Below, one piece after another: positions 31,613-41,183 of a stretch of 64,000 nt of DNA; the first letter of the stretch is position 1; every line of letters starts with the position of its first letter. Under the pieces are notes generated by a model. It saw only the letters and a program-made list of their open reading frames with translations. It did not search any database and was not told the origin of the DNA. Both the position numbers and the translations under genes were made by a program. Source of the DNA: a virus; IMG/VR virus record IMGVR_UViG_3300021476_000423, positions 1-64,000 of that record; one strand, 5' to 3'.

Positions 31613-33533
31613 GTTTCCGTGTAGCGGTCGCTTCAGCCTCTTCGACCTGTTGACGAGAAGCCTCAACCTCTTTCTTTAACTCTTCAACCTCTTCTTCTAG
31701 GGTCGAGAGCATTCCTTTGGCCTCTTCATTGTTGAAGAAGCCCTCTACGGCGGCGGCTCTCCAATCACTCTGCTCGGTCTTTTCTCCCCCTTCTGCACCA
31801 AATCCCTTACCTTCCTCATCTGGAAACTCCTTGTCGCTTGGCGGTCTAGAGGCCATATCACGGTCTGGACTACCAAAGGTGGGCTGTCCCTCTCTGGTCA
31901 TACCCGGCGCACCCTGACCCGGCATACCACCACCTGCACCCGTCTGTCCTAGCGGTGGCTCCTGCGGCCCCAACTCTTCCTGTAGTTTGTCCTCAGAAAG
32001 CGGCTCAAAGCCGAGAGCCTTTCTCACTTCGTTCTTAGTAAGGATTCTAGAGGCATAGAGTGGAAGGTAGGTCTTGGCTTTGTCTTCGAGAGTGTCTTCC
32101 TTCTGAGGCTTCCAGATGAACTTGGGCACATCGAACTCTTTGATAATCTCGTCGGCCAAATCGCCGTAGAGCGACTGCATAATCATAGTCATAAGAGTGT
32201 GTTCGAGTTGGGCATTAAGAGACTGGCGGTTGCTGTTGGTGAAGGTGAAGTATCCCTTCTCAACGGTCTGAGCCGTTGCTCTGTTCAATCCGGCAGGGTC
32301 GGTAAAGAACTTCGGGACAGTCAAAGCATAGGTTCTCATATTGTGAAGCCACTGCAACCAGAACGAAGTGGTCTGCATCCTGTCGATTGGCGGGTCGATA
32401 GGGTCTACCTGCACCGGAGTCGTTGCCCTAATCACAAGCGACTGGCCGGGTTGAGCATTGTTAAAGAACCTCTTGACCTGCTGATACTGTGAAGCGGTCA
32501 CATCCGGTGTGGGCAATCCAACAGTGTTAGCCCCACCTACTCTGACCAAGAACATCGGCTTCAGAAAGACATTCATGATGGCTCCCATCGTTTGCTCATA
32601 GTTCTTGATGAGTTCCTGATGGAAGAGGATGGGTCTCAACATGGAAACACCGTAGACAGATTCGTAAGTCCATGATGTAGGCATATAGCGTAGGTGAATC
32701 ATCTCGTCGGCTAGGAAGGTGACAAGCGGAAAGACATAGTATTGGACATACCCTAGTATGGTTCCGTAGGCATCCCTTCTGACCCGCATATACATCGGGT
32801 CGAGTGGCTTGAATCGTGTAATCTCCCCATATTTGTTCTCTATCTTGTGGCCGGGATAGAGTTTGTCGTGGCGGGCGGCAACTTCCATACGGTCAGTCCA
32901 CCAATACGACTGACCATTCTTTGAGGTAGCATTGTAAGAGATACGGAGTGCTTCCAAATCGTGTTCTTCTGGTGAGAGGCAATACCAAGTCCTGACAACC
33001 TCACAATAGGCATTGCCAAAGACGAACATATCCTTCACAAGTATCTTGAGCAGATTGAGGAAGTCATGGCGGTCTAGGAATGCTTTGACATCCTTGGTAA
33101 CGGTTTCGAGTGGATAGTCGAGTTCATATCCTTGCGAGATGGTCATCTGCGTGTGGAAGTCAATCGTGGCCCGAATGAACGGCTCCTGAACGTAGTATTG
33201 CTTATACTTCTGATAGTCTTCGGTAGGGACGGCTCCCCAAATCTTCTCCCAAACAGCGACGTAAGGATAGACCGTAAAACCCATACCCAAGCCGGGTAGT
33301 TCTTTGGTGGCATATTCTTCCCACGCAAAGTCTCTCCACCATGCTTCACCTCTGTCTATCTGACCAATCTGTTGCTCGGTTGGCGGCTTGTAAGAGGCTT
33401 GGAGACGGGCTAGAGTCTGGTCATCAAATCCTCTCGGAGAACCTGACTGTTGGTCGATGGTGCGATTCTGACCTGTGATTCTCGCTTGTCGAAGTGCTCC
33501 AACGAGAATATTATCCTTATCTTCACTACTCAT
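31569..33533 (-). CDS. Portal protein
   Basis: Portal-like blocks Y..EPFIRATID, FVFGNAYCEVVR, KPLDPMYMRVRRD..G, EMIHLRY...YGVS and ILTKNEVRKALG. Long acidic C-terminal tail. Confidence 0.85.
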   Translation of the reverse strand: MSSEDKDNILVGALRQARITGQNRTIDQQSGSPRGFDDQTLARLQASYKPPTEQQIGQIDRGEAWWRDFAWEEYATKELPGLGMGFTVYPYVAVWEKIWGAVPTEDYQKYKQYYVQEPFIRATIDFHTQMTISQGYELDYPLETVTKDVKAFLDRHDFLNLLKILVKDMFVFGNAYCEVVRTWYCLSPEEHDLEALRISYNATSKNGQSYWWTDRMEVAARHDKLYPGHKIENKYGEITRFKPLDPMYMRVRRDAYGTILGYVQYYVFPLVTFLADEMIHLRYMPTSWTYESVYGVSMLRPILFHQELIKNYEQTMGAIMNVFLKPMFLVRVGGANTVGLPTPDVTASQYQQVKRFFNNAQPGQSLVIRATTPVQVDPIDPPIDRMQTTSFWLQWLHNMRTYALTVPKFFTDPAGLNRATAQTVEKGYFTFTNSNRQSLNAQLEHTLMTMIMQSLYGDLADEIIKEFDVPKFIWKPQKEDTLEDKAKTYLPLYASRILTKNEVRKALGFEPLSEDKLQEELGPQEPPLGQTGAGGGMPGQGAPGMTREGQPTFGSPDRDMASRPPSDKEFPDEEGKGFGAEGGEKTEQSDWRAAAVEGFFNNEEAKGMLSTLEEEVEELKKEVEASRQQVEEAEATATRKPILGRQQTQPETQP

Positions 33534-33590
33534 ATCTCACTGTTCCAATTCTTTAAATAGTCCAAGTGCTTAATAAGCATTCAGGGAACC

Positions 33591-35519
33591 ATGAGCGATA
33601 AATCGGTGAAGAAAACACTCGACTGGCCTAACTGGAAAGAGCATCAGACTCTACCCGTTCAAGGTCATTACACTGAAGAAGTGCAAGACCAAAGCCAAAA
33701 CCCTAGCCAACAACTCAATCCTACTGAGAATCAGAATATGACCCCTCTCGGACAAAACCAATTTATGCCTACCGCCACTATTGGATATGGGGGAAAGGGC
33801 GAAGGTAGTGTCGTATGCGGAAGGCACAATAAATCGTGGTTTTCTCACACTCAAGCAGAACTTGAAGAGGATATGGCAGAGGGCAAGGTTAGTGCTGAAG
33901 AGGGCACCGAAATCACGCCCGAAGTAGAGGCCGACCTTTCCATCGATGTTGATTGCCCCTCATGCGGTAAGCAGTCCTTCTTAGGGCCGCTAGGCTCTGA
34001 GAATGTCTTCAAGGCTGGCAAGTGGGTGTGCCCCTTCTGCAACTACATTGAGGTTATCGAATCCGAAGAAGACTTGGAAGACTTGCTTTTTAATGTCTTT
34101 GATGATGAAGAGGATTTTACATTGGACGAACAAGATTCGTTAGAATGTCCGATATGTGAGCAAACCTTCAAAGAGGATGAGTTAGACCATCACCTATCCT
34201 TCGCCCACAGTTTGGGGAAGAGTGAAGTCAGCATTCGAAATGTTGACCCTGCTTGGTGCGAAAAGCACAACAAACCAATAGACCTACACAATGGGTTTGA
34301 GATTGATGAAGATACTCGTGAATCAATGGGTAAACCAGAAGAAGTCCAAGGGATGACATCGAAAGATGTGGATACCTTTGTCGGAGGCCGATGCAAACAC
34401 GGAAAGCATATCAATGAACCCTGTGAAGGATGTGACGAAGCGAGACAAGCCGAACTTGAGTATGATTACGAAACTGACGAAGAGGGAGTGGCCGCTATGA
34501 AGGAAGCCCCTCTGACAGACCCAAGAGAAAGAGACAAAGAAAAGGGATTGGATGTTGAAAAGGAGCCGGGTGCAGACCTTTCGCCAGAGGCTCAGAAGAT
34601 TGCAGGAGTTGACCCTGAGAGTAGGGCGCAAAGACAGCAAGAGAAACCCAAGTTGGAAGTGGATATTGACCAGAAGATTACCATCCTTGGAAAGACAGGT
34701 TCGGGTAAGACCAACCTCATCAAAGTTCTCATGTCGGACATCCTACCAGACTACCATTTTGTAGTGTTGGATGCTATTGGCAATCTAACCGAATATGAAG
34801 GTCAGCCTAACGTAGACTATCATCAGACCAATCCTACCAATGATGCTGAAGTTGACCAGATAATCTACTCGGCGCTTGAGAAAGGAGACTGTATGGTTGT
34901 GATAGATGAGGTTGACCGTTACAACTCCAAGAAGGGCACAATGCTCAATGAGTTGGTGAACGTGGGCCGCAACTACGGTGTTGGAGGCGTTTTCGCCGCC
35001 CGTAGAACAGCAAGTATTGATAAGGATGTTTTGGCTAATTCATCCTACATCTTCACTTTCCAGCACATTCTACCACAGGATTTGGACGTTCTCATTGATT
35101 GGTTCGCACAACCAGAAGAGACCTTCCGAGACCTACAAGAGTTTGAGGCCATCCTATTCAAAGACGGAGACCAGATTTGGGTAGGTCTAGTGCCAGAAAA
35201 GCCTACGACCAAGCCAACTAAGAAACCCACTCTTCCCAAGAAACCGAAGCAACCACAACAAAAGGGTAAGGGGCCAGAGCAGAAGGGACAATCACCAGAG
35301 GGTGGGAGCAAACCACCTACCGACGAAGGTGCAGAGAAAGAGCCAGTGGAAAAGAAGCCACCCGAACTAACTCCGGCTGACGAAGGTGAGGTTCAAGCCG
35401 CAGAGAAATCTGAGGCGAGATATGCCGCCGAAGCCCCATTTATGTGTGAAATGGATGGTCAACGGTTTAAGTATGAGAGTGATTTCGAAGACCATATGGT
35501 GAGTCAACACGCCTATTAG
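33591..35519 (+). CDS. FtsK/HerA-superfamily (A32/B204-like) ATPase with long acidic Zn-finger N-terminus
   Basis: Walker A GKTGSGKT, Walker B VVIDE, arginine finger GRNYG, and ARR..ID. Multiple CxxC and CxxH clusters. Confidence 0.75.
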   Translation: MSDKSVKKTLDWPNWKEHQTLPVQGHYTEEVQDQSQNPSQQLNPTENQNMTPLGQNQFMPTATIGYGGKGEGSVVCGRHNKSWFSHTQAELEEDMAEGKVSAEEGTEITPEVEADLSIDVDCPSCGKQSFLGPLGSENVFKAGKWVCPFCNYIEVIESEEDLEDLLFNVFDDEEDFTLDEQDSLECPICEQTFKEDELDHHLSFAHSLGKSEVSIRNVDPAWCEKHNKPIDLHNGFEIDEDTRESMGKPEEVQGMTSKDVDTFVGGRCKHGKHINEPCEGCDEARQAELEYDYETDEEGVAAMKEAPLTDPRERDKEKGLDVEKEPGADLSPEAQKIAGVDPESRAQRQQEKPKLEVDIDQKITILGKTGSGKTNLIKVLMSDILPDYHFVVLDAIGNLTEYEGQPNVDYHQTNPTNDAEVDQIIYSALEKGDCMVVIDEVDRYNSKKGTMLNELVNVGRNYGVGGVFAARRTASIDKDVLANSSYIFTFQHILPQDLDVLIDWFAQPEETFRDLQEFEAILFKDGDQIWVGLVPEKPTTKPTKKPTLPKKPKQPQQKGKGPEQKGQSPEGGSKPPTDEGAEKEPVEKKPPELTPADEGEVQAAEKSEARYAAEAPFMCEMDGQRFKYESDFEDHMVSQHAY

Positions 35520-35565
35520 TATCCCACCGTGGATACTCGGTAAGTTCGACCCTACTACTTGGTTA

Positions 35566-35799
35566 TTGGCGCAAGAGACTCATCTCCTGCTAGGCATTCT
35601 AGCCATCATCTTCTGTAAGGCTTACGACCTTCCCTATTGGCAAGGTGTAGTCGCAATGTCGGCCTTCGTTCTCATCAAAGAGTTGCTTATCGACCCTTGG
35701 CTTGAGGGCAATCCATTTTTCTGGAATGGAGCCATAGATACCTTGTTCTATGTAGTGGGATTTGGAATAGGTCTAGGATTGGTCTACCTACTCAAGTAG
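35566..35799 (+). CDS. Small membrane protein
   Basis: Three hydrophobic segments. Start uncertain. Confidence 0.5.
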   Translation: MAQETHLLLGILAIIFCKAYDLPYWQGVVAMSAFVLIKELLIDPWLEGNPFFWNGAIDTLFYVVGFGIGLGLVYLLK

Positions 35800-36273
35800 G
35801 AAACCTTAAATAACCAATTTGGGAAGTTGCCCCCATGAGCCTTGCAGGGAAACTCAAGGGACAAGTAATCGTCAAAAAGACAAGGGAAATTGCTGGACTT
35901 CAGGAAAGGATTCAGCCACCCTGCGGCCTTTGTGGAAGAAAGACCTATCGTTTGAATGATGTCCATGCTTCAGTATGTTTAGGATGTGACGAAGACGATG
36001 TGCTTTGCGATTGTCAACCAATCCAGAAGTTTGGCACCCAACTAATAGGTTAGTTTCTGGATATTCAAACCAAACCGAGCATCCTCATTCGACAAGAGAA
36101 AGCGGTCAGTCACTATATCGATAGGAGCGTGGCCGAATTCAATCGTGATGTGTGTGCCATCAGGATGGTAAACGAAAGCAATGAGGAATCTATCGAGAAC
36201 GCTGTGCAACTCGACTAACCGTTTCATATCCCTATATTCGTAGGGTTGATATTTAAGGAAATTGATTGCTAAA

Positions 36274-36471
36274 CTAGGAGCCTATTCCATAATTAAGTCT
36301 TATCCAATGGCCTTGTTTTTGCTGAGTGTGCTCTGCTGAACGTCTTTTTATCACCTTGTAAGTCGGCTCATTTTCATCCTTCCAATCACAACTCTGACAG
36401 TAAGCGGAATAGGTATGGCGAGAATCGAGCATGATGGCTTTGTCGAGTTGTTCTTCGTTGGCGTAATTCAT
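36274..36471 (-). CDS. LANQ-tagged small Zn-binding protein
   Basis: Begins MNYANEEQLDKA. Contains CQSC...H....H. Confidence 0.7.
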   Translation of the reverse strand: MNYANEEQLDKAIMLDSRHTYSAYCQSCDWKDENEPTYKVIKRRSAEHTQQKQGHWIRLNYGIGS

Positions 36472-36776
36472 GTTTCCACCTTATCCAAATGCACAATGCG
36501 ATTGTGTTTTCCATCTGTTTCGTCATTCACCATACACTTTTCGCAAATGAAAGAATCGCATCCATAACACCAAACGAAATTAGTAACTATCTCACCACAA
36601 TTGAAACAGGGGCCGATGAACTCTGGTATGAATTCCTCTCTGGATAGGTCGTCGGGAAGACCCAAATCGGCTCTCTCTTGGTCGGTAAGGGAAGCACCAT
36701 CAATCGGAACTCTCAGCAGACCATTTCCCTTCTTGAAGAAGGTCTTATTGAGTTCCCCTTGGTTAGCCAATTGCAT
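36468..36776 (-). CDS. LANQ-tagged Cys-rich protein
   Basis: Begins MQLANQGELNKT. Contains CFNC, CYGC and CEKC...H. Confidence 0.7.
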   Translation of the reverse strand: MQLANQGELNKTFFKKGNGLLRVPIDGASLTDQERADLGLPDDLSREEFIPEFIGPCFNCGEIVTNFVWCYGCDSFICEKCMVNDETDGKHNRIVHLDKVET

Positions 36777-36947
36777 TATCTATCAGCATCCATCAATTGG
36801 TCGAAGTTGGCTAAAAGCATTCCGTATTCATGATGTGAGGCTTCAATAGTGGCACAAGGGTCACATAGGGCTTGCTCAGGATGCTGAATCGGTTCGCATC
36901 CACAGAGACATTGTAACAGGTCTTCAGGAAAGTTTTGACCGCAACGA

Positions 36948-38234
36948 CTACACCGCATTTGGATGCTCCCTTATTTTGGCGATGTCTGTATTGAGATAGA
37001 TTTCGAAGATATTTTTTGGTGGCGAAAAGTGATGTTCTCTACCCTCTGTGGCTATGTGTTTGGCTATGATGGGCATGGCCCTTGCTTTATCTTGCCAAAC
37101 TTTTGTTTCAAAGTAAAGACGTTGAGCAGGTGTGACCATTCTTTCGTCTTTGATTGCGGTTTCTTTAAAGATGGAACTCATAAGTTCATCCCAAGAATGC
37201 TGAAGTGCTCTCAGAATGCGGTCTTCGGGCATAGGAGGAAAGGTGGCTTTCTCTAGTATGTTCCGTGGGATTGGTGGCAAGTCGGGTAAGTCTATCTTCT
37301 CTTTGAAGCCGATGAGTCTACCGTTCTTGTAGACCTTCCCCACCACACCCTCTCTCTTGTGCCGCTTGGCCCACGTTTTCCATTCCTCAATCTTAGGTGA
37401 CAGGTCTTCCATCTTCCAAGGTGTGAAAGTCTCAGTGGCTTCTACAAGAGACAACTTGTAGTGGTAGGCCATCTGATAGACTAGAGTGTAGGGCAGATAA
37501 GACTTGGCATCTATATCGTAGATGTCAAAGAGATACCAATGAGCATACTTGTGGGCTGGCTCAATGCGAGTCGGCCCCTTACCCTTGTTGACCAACTCAC
37601 CATAGAGAACGAGATTCTTGCCAAAATTCATCCATTCTGACCGAAGCAATTCTAAGGCATTTGGATACTCTGGTGTATTTGAGACTCGATAAATCATCTT
37701 GGGGTCAGCATTGACCATATTGTGACTAGACACATGAATCATCTTCTTTTCTGGCTCAACTTTCACATTCTCTTCAAGCCACAATGAGACGTTTTCGCCA
37801 TCTCGCTTGGGAAAGACGTAGACTATCTCGCCTAGTAACTCTCGTCCTTCCTCTTCAAGCCGCTTGACACACTCTAACTCTATGTAGCGTTGCCACGGAT
37901 ACTTTTGCCCAAGAGCATCACGCATCTCGACAAATCGCATGGTCTCTTCGTCTACCACTTCTTTGACAATAGTAGGCAGTTTTAGTAGTTCTTCGTCAAA
38001 AGATTGGTAGATAACCTTGTAGAGAGAATCACTTCGGTAGGAGATGTCAGGGTCTTCAACTTTTTCTACCTTTTCCAATATTCTTGCGATTCGATGAGTC
38101 GGCACAATCTCTGCAATCTTTTCAAATTCCTTCAGAGGCAAATCAATAAGTTCTTTGTAATCTCTATATTGGATTCTATAGTTACCTTCTGTAAATCTTG
38201 CTTTAGCATAGGCTTCCTCTAATTTTCCTTTCAA
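36948..38234 (-). CDS. ATP-dependent RNA ligase with N-terminal MJ1316/DUF504-like domain
   Basis: Nucleotidyltransferase motifs KRDGEN, YGEL, LFDI, EGVV and KEK. N-terminal IQYRD...VPTHRIARI. Confidence 0.75.
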   Translation of the reverse strand: MKGKLEEAYAKARFTEGNYRIQYRDYKELIDLPLKEFEKIAEIVPTHRIARILEKVEKVEDPDISYRSDSLYKVIYQSFDEELLKLPTIVKEVVDEETMRFVEMRDALGQKYPWQRYIELECVKRLEEEGRELLGEIVYVFPKRDGENVSLWLEENVKVEPEKKMIHVSSHNMVNADPKMIYRVSNTPEYPNALELLRSEWMNFGKNLVLYGELVNKGKGPTRIEPAHKYAHWYLFDIYDIDAKSYLPYTLVYQMAYHYKLSLVEATETFTPWKMEDLSPKIEEWKTWAKRHKREGVVGKVYKNGRLIGFKEKIDLPDLPPIPRNILEKATFPPMPEDRILRALQHSWDELMSSIFKETAIKDERMVTPAQRLYFETKVWQDKARAMPIIAKHIATEGREHHFSPPKNIFEIYLNTDIAKIREHPNAV

Positions 38235-38514
38235 GGACTACATCCTGTCGCAGATTGCAGGATAATTGCATCGCCAAAGTTCTGCTCGTAGACACTATAG
38301 CAACCACCTATTTGAACGACTGGAAGAGAATAAGGTGAGTCTACGACATACCCATGCTTGAAGTAGAGTTTGCTTCCGTCTGCGTTTACCCCTATTAGCG
38401 TATCTTTGAACTTAAAGGTGGTTTGATTGACATAAGAGAAGGAGATACCAAGTCCCAATAATATCAGGACTATAATTCCAACAATTACGATTTTATCCGC
38501 ATTTTCTCTGATTT

Positions 38515-39264
38515 TCATGGGTAATCCACTTGCTCCACTAGGTCGCGGTCATGGTAGATAAGGATTTTGTTCCCTAACAGAGCATAATGTTGGTCTTGGG
38601 GTGACGAATCAACCCTAACAAACCTAGTGGCTCCATGCACTTCTCCCACCTTGAAGGGGCCAGACAAATGGCCAGAGAACCAGATGCGGGGTCGGACTAT
38701 TCCCACCACATCGGTTAGCACTTGAAACTCTTCAGTGGGATGGAATCTCGTTTCATCGGACATAGGAATACTGGCATGAGTGCAAAGCACATCTATCGGC
38801 CCTTTTTGGGCTAGAGTGTTAGCGGCGGCAAGGTATTCTTCTGGTAGAAGTCTAGGAACCCAAGTGATGTCAGTAGTATGCCCTTTGTAGGTCTCTTTGT
38901 AATTCATTCTACGTCTTCTTTCTTTCACATCACCCATGATGCCATTGATGAAACCGAACTTCCAACTCTGTATCATCCGTGTCTCGCCATCTCTAGCCCA
39001 TACTTTACTCCTATCCAGATTCCGAAGCCCCTTCATCATCTGCACATTGTCATGGTTGCCGAAGATGGCGTGAACTTTAACCACTTGAAGTAGGTTCTCC
39101 CATTCCTCTTCATCCCAAGCATACCCCGTATCGCCGCAAAGCACCAAGTCACTTGGTCTATGAAAGTCAACCATCTGAAGCATCCACTTGAGAGCATCCC
39201 CTTCCCACACTCGACCATGAAAATCCTTCTCGTAATGGATGTCAGACATGACCATGATGCTCAT
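38515..39264 (-). CDS. Calcineurin-like metallophosphoesterase
   Basis: Motifs SDIH, CGD, GNHD, THA and SGH. Confidence 0.9.
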   Translation of the reverse strand: MSIMVMSDIHYEKDFHGRVWEGDALKWMLQMVDFHRPSDLVLCGDTGYAWDEEEWENLLQVVKVHAIFGNHDNVQMMKGLRNLDRSKVWARDGETRMIQSWKFGFINGIMGDVKERRRRMNYKETYKGHTTDITWVPRLLPEEYLAAANTLAQKGPIDVLCTHASIPMSDETRFHPTEEFQVLTDVVGIVRPRIWFSGHLSGPFKVGEVHGATRFVRVDSSPQDQHYALLGNKILIYHDRDLVEQVDYP

Positions 39265-39488
39265 ATTCCTATGCTCCCAAACATTTGTCTGTGAACCTCT
39301 GCTCTAACTCTTTTCATACCTTCGAGTGTGAGGTCTGCTTCATAAGTAATTTGGCCGTTTTCCCAATGTGCATCAATTATTTTTCCGATAATGTTACCCA
39401 ACTCATCTTTGAGAGGAACGCCCACCATACCATAGCAATTGGCCTTATTCAGTTGTTCTTGGTTGGCCAACCGAAGTTGCTGACTCAT
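39261..39488 (-). CDS. LANQ-tagged small protein
   Basis: Start reassigned to ATG 39488, giving MSQQLRLANQEQLNKA. Overlaps the stop of the upstream ORF. Confidence 0.65.
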   Translation of the reverse strand: MSQQLRLANQEQLNKANCYGMVGVPLKDELGNIIGKIIDAHWENGQITYEADLTLEGMKRVRAEVHRQMFGSIGI

Positions 39489-40694
39489 AGTTCTTTCCCT
39501 ATCACAGAGAAAACAATAGCACCTATGAAACACAGACCGCTTACGATTATGTCTGGTGTGTTGTTGCGAATCAAACCTATCGTCAAAGAGACAAAACCAA
39601 GGACTCCTACAATGAAACCGCACAACATAATAAGTTTGTCGGTCATTCTTTCATCCCATGCCCATAGAGAATGCAAGTGAAGCAATACCACGCTTGGCGA
39701 AGTTTGAACCTTCTCAGCCCCTTACCCGCATTTGGAGAGAGTGCTCTGGCCAAAGAGAGAATACAGTCATCAATGTCTTGTCTCGTCATAAATTGGAAAA
39801 GTTCAGTTTCTTTCAATCTTCATCGCCTCTAATGGGAATCTCTATGTCCTGCCCACTTTTGTTTCGGGTGTAAATGATGAGCATTTCATCTGACCCCAAC
39901 TTGAGTTTCCAAGCCGGATAGAATTCTCCGGTCTTTGCACTCTTACGCATGAGAACAAGTTCCTTAGTCATTGTGGATTACCCCATTCTCTTGCCATGCT
40001 CCACAACTTGGCATAGAACAATAGCCTATCATACTTCCACTTGGGCCATATCCACTTCTCCAATCATGGATATGCTTTTTGGCTTTTTCCCCATGAATAA
40101 ATCGCTTGGCATCTCTATCCACCTTTACTTCCTGTAGTAATTGAAGAGCATAGGCTTTGAGCGCATGATTCATGAGTGAATTACCTACCATCAGGTCTAT
40201 CGCTCTTATTGCGTCTATAGCCTTCTCTAGTTTTGCATCCATCAGCCTTTCCCCCTTCTACTTGGCTTATATTTGCTCACGATTCTCTGCTTCTTTGGTT
40301 TCTTACCCAAAGCAATCTCTTCGTATTGGTTGGTGCAACAACCGTCGCAAGTGTGAACTTCATTACTATGTCCCACCCCATGTTCACAGAGTTCTTCCAC
40401 ATCACCATCATCTCCAATGATGAAATCGCCCGTCAATTGGGCTAATTGCTCATTGGTAACATAGGGTTTCATATCTTCTTCCCATCTCGCACACAGGGAT
40501 ACCACACTACGGCTGAGAAACCACAAAGAACGCACTTGAAGTAGGGAGTCATTCTGTCTCCAACAAGAAAGACAGGCTTGCCGCCATAAACGTGCTGTGG
40601 CCCTCTTTCACATTTGATAACCTCCGGTGGTCTGCCTCTTATCTTTCGGATGTGAGAATGCCGTGACTCCAAACATAGCCCAAATTCCATTTGA

Positions 40695-41183
40695 TTATCT
40701 CCTCCTTCGGTGGTATTTAGCCGTTCTGTCCTTTGCATTCATATATCGTTCATAGGCTTCTCGACTTAACCTATCGGCCTTCTCATTCTCCTCTCTAGGA
40801 ATCCACTGGAACTTAAGGTTCTTGAAATTGAACTTGAGTTTGGCGGCTTCGAAATAGTAGGGTAGATAGGCACCTTGATTGGTTCCCCATTCTCCATTCA
40901 ACTGTTTAGCCACCACTTGATTGTCAGTGTAGAAGATAATCTCTCTGTCAGTTAGGGAACGGCCAACCAATATTCTAAGAGCATCTGCCACGCCAGCATA
41001 CTCGGCCACCACAGAAGTCATACCCTCTCCTTCACCAATCACACCATGCGCCGAGTAGATTTCGGTGCGGTCATCCTTTCCTATGACCACCTCAATGATA
41101 ACTCCATAGGTTGCCACCCCGTTGGGATTAGAAGGTTCGCATAAACCATCAGTATGGACTTCTATCATGATAGAACAATCCAA
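40695..41183 (-). CDS. rnhA: Ribonuclease HI
   Basis: Motifs HTDG...NP, AEYAG, YTDNQVVAKQLNGEW and WIPREENEKADRLS. Confidence 0.9.
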   Translation of the reverse strand: MDCSIMIEVHTDGLCEPSNPNGVATYGVIIEVVIGKDDRTEIYSAHGVIGEGEGMTSVVAEYAGVADALRILVGRSLTDREIIFYTDNQVVAKQLNGEWGTNQGAYLPYYFEAAKLKFNFKNLKFQWIPREENEKADRLSREAYERYMNAKDRTAKYHRRRR

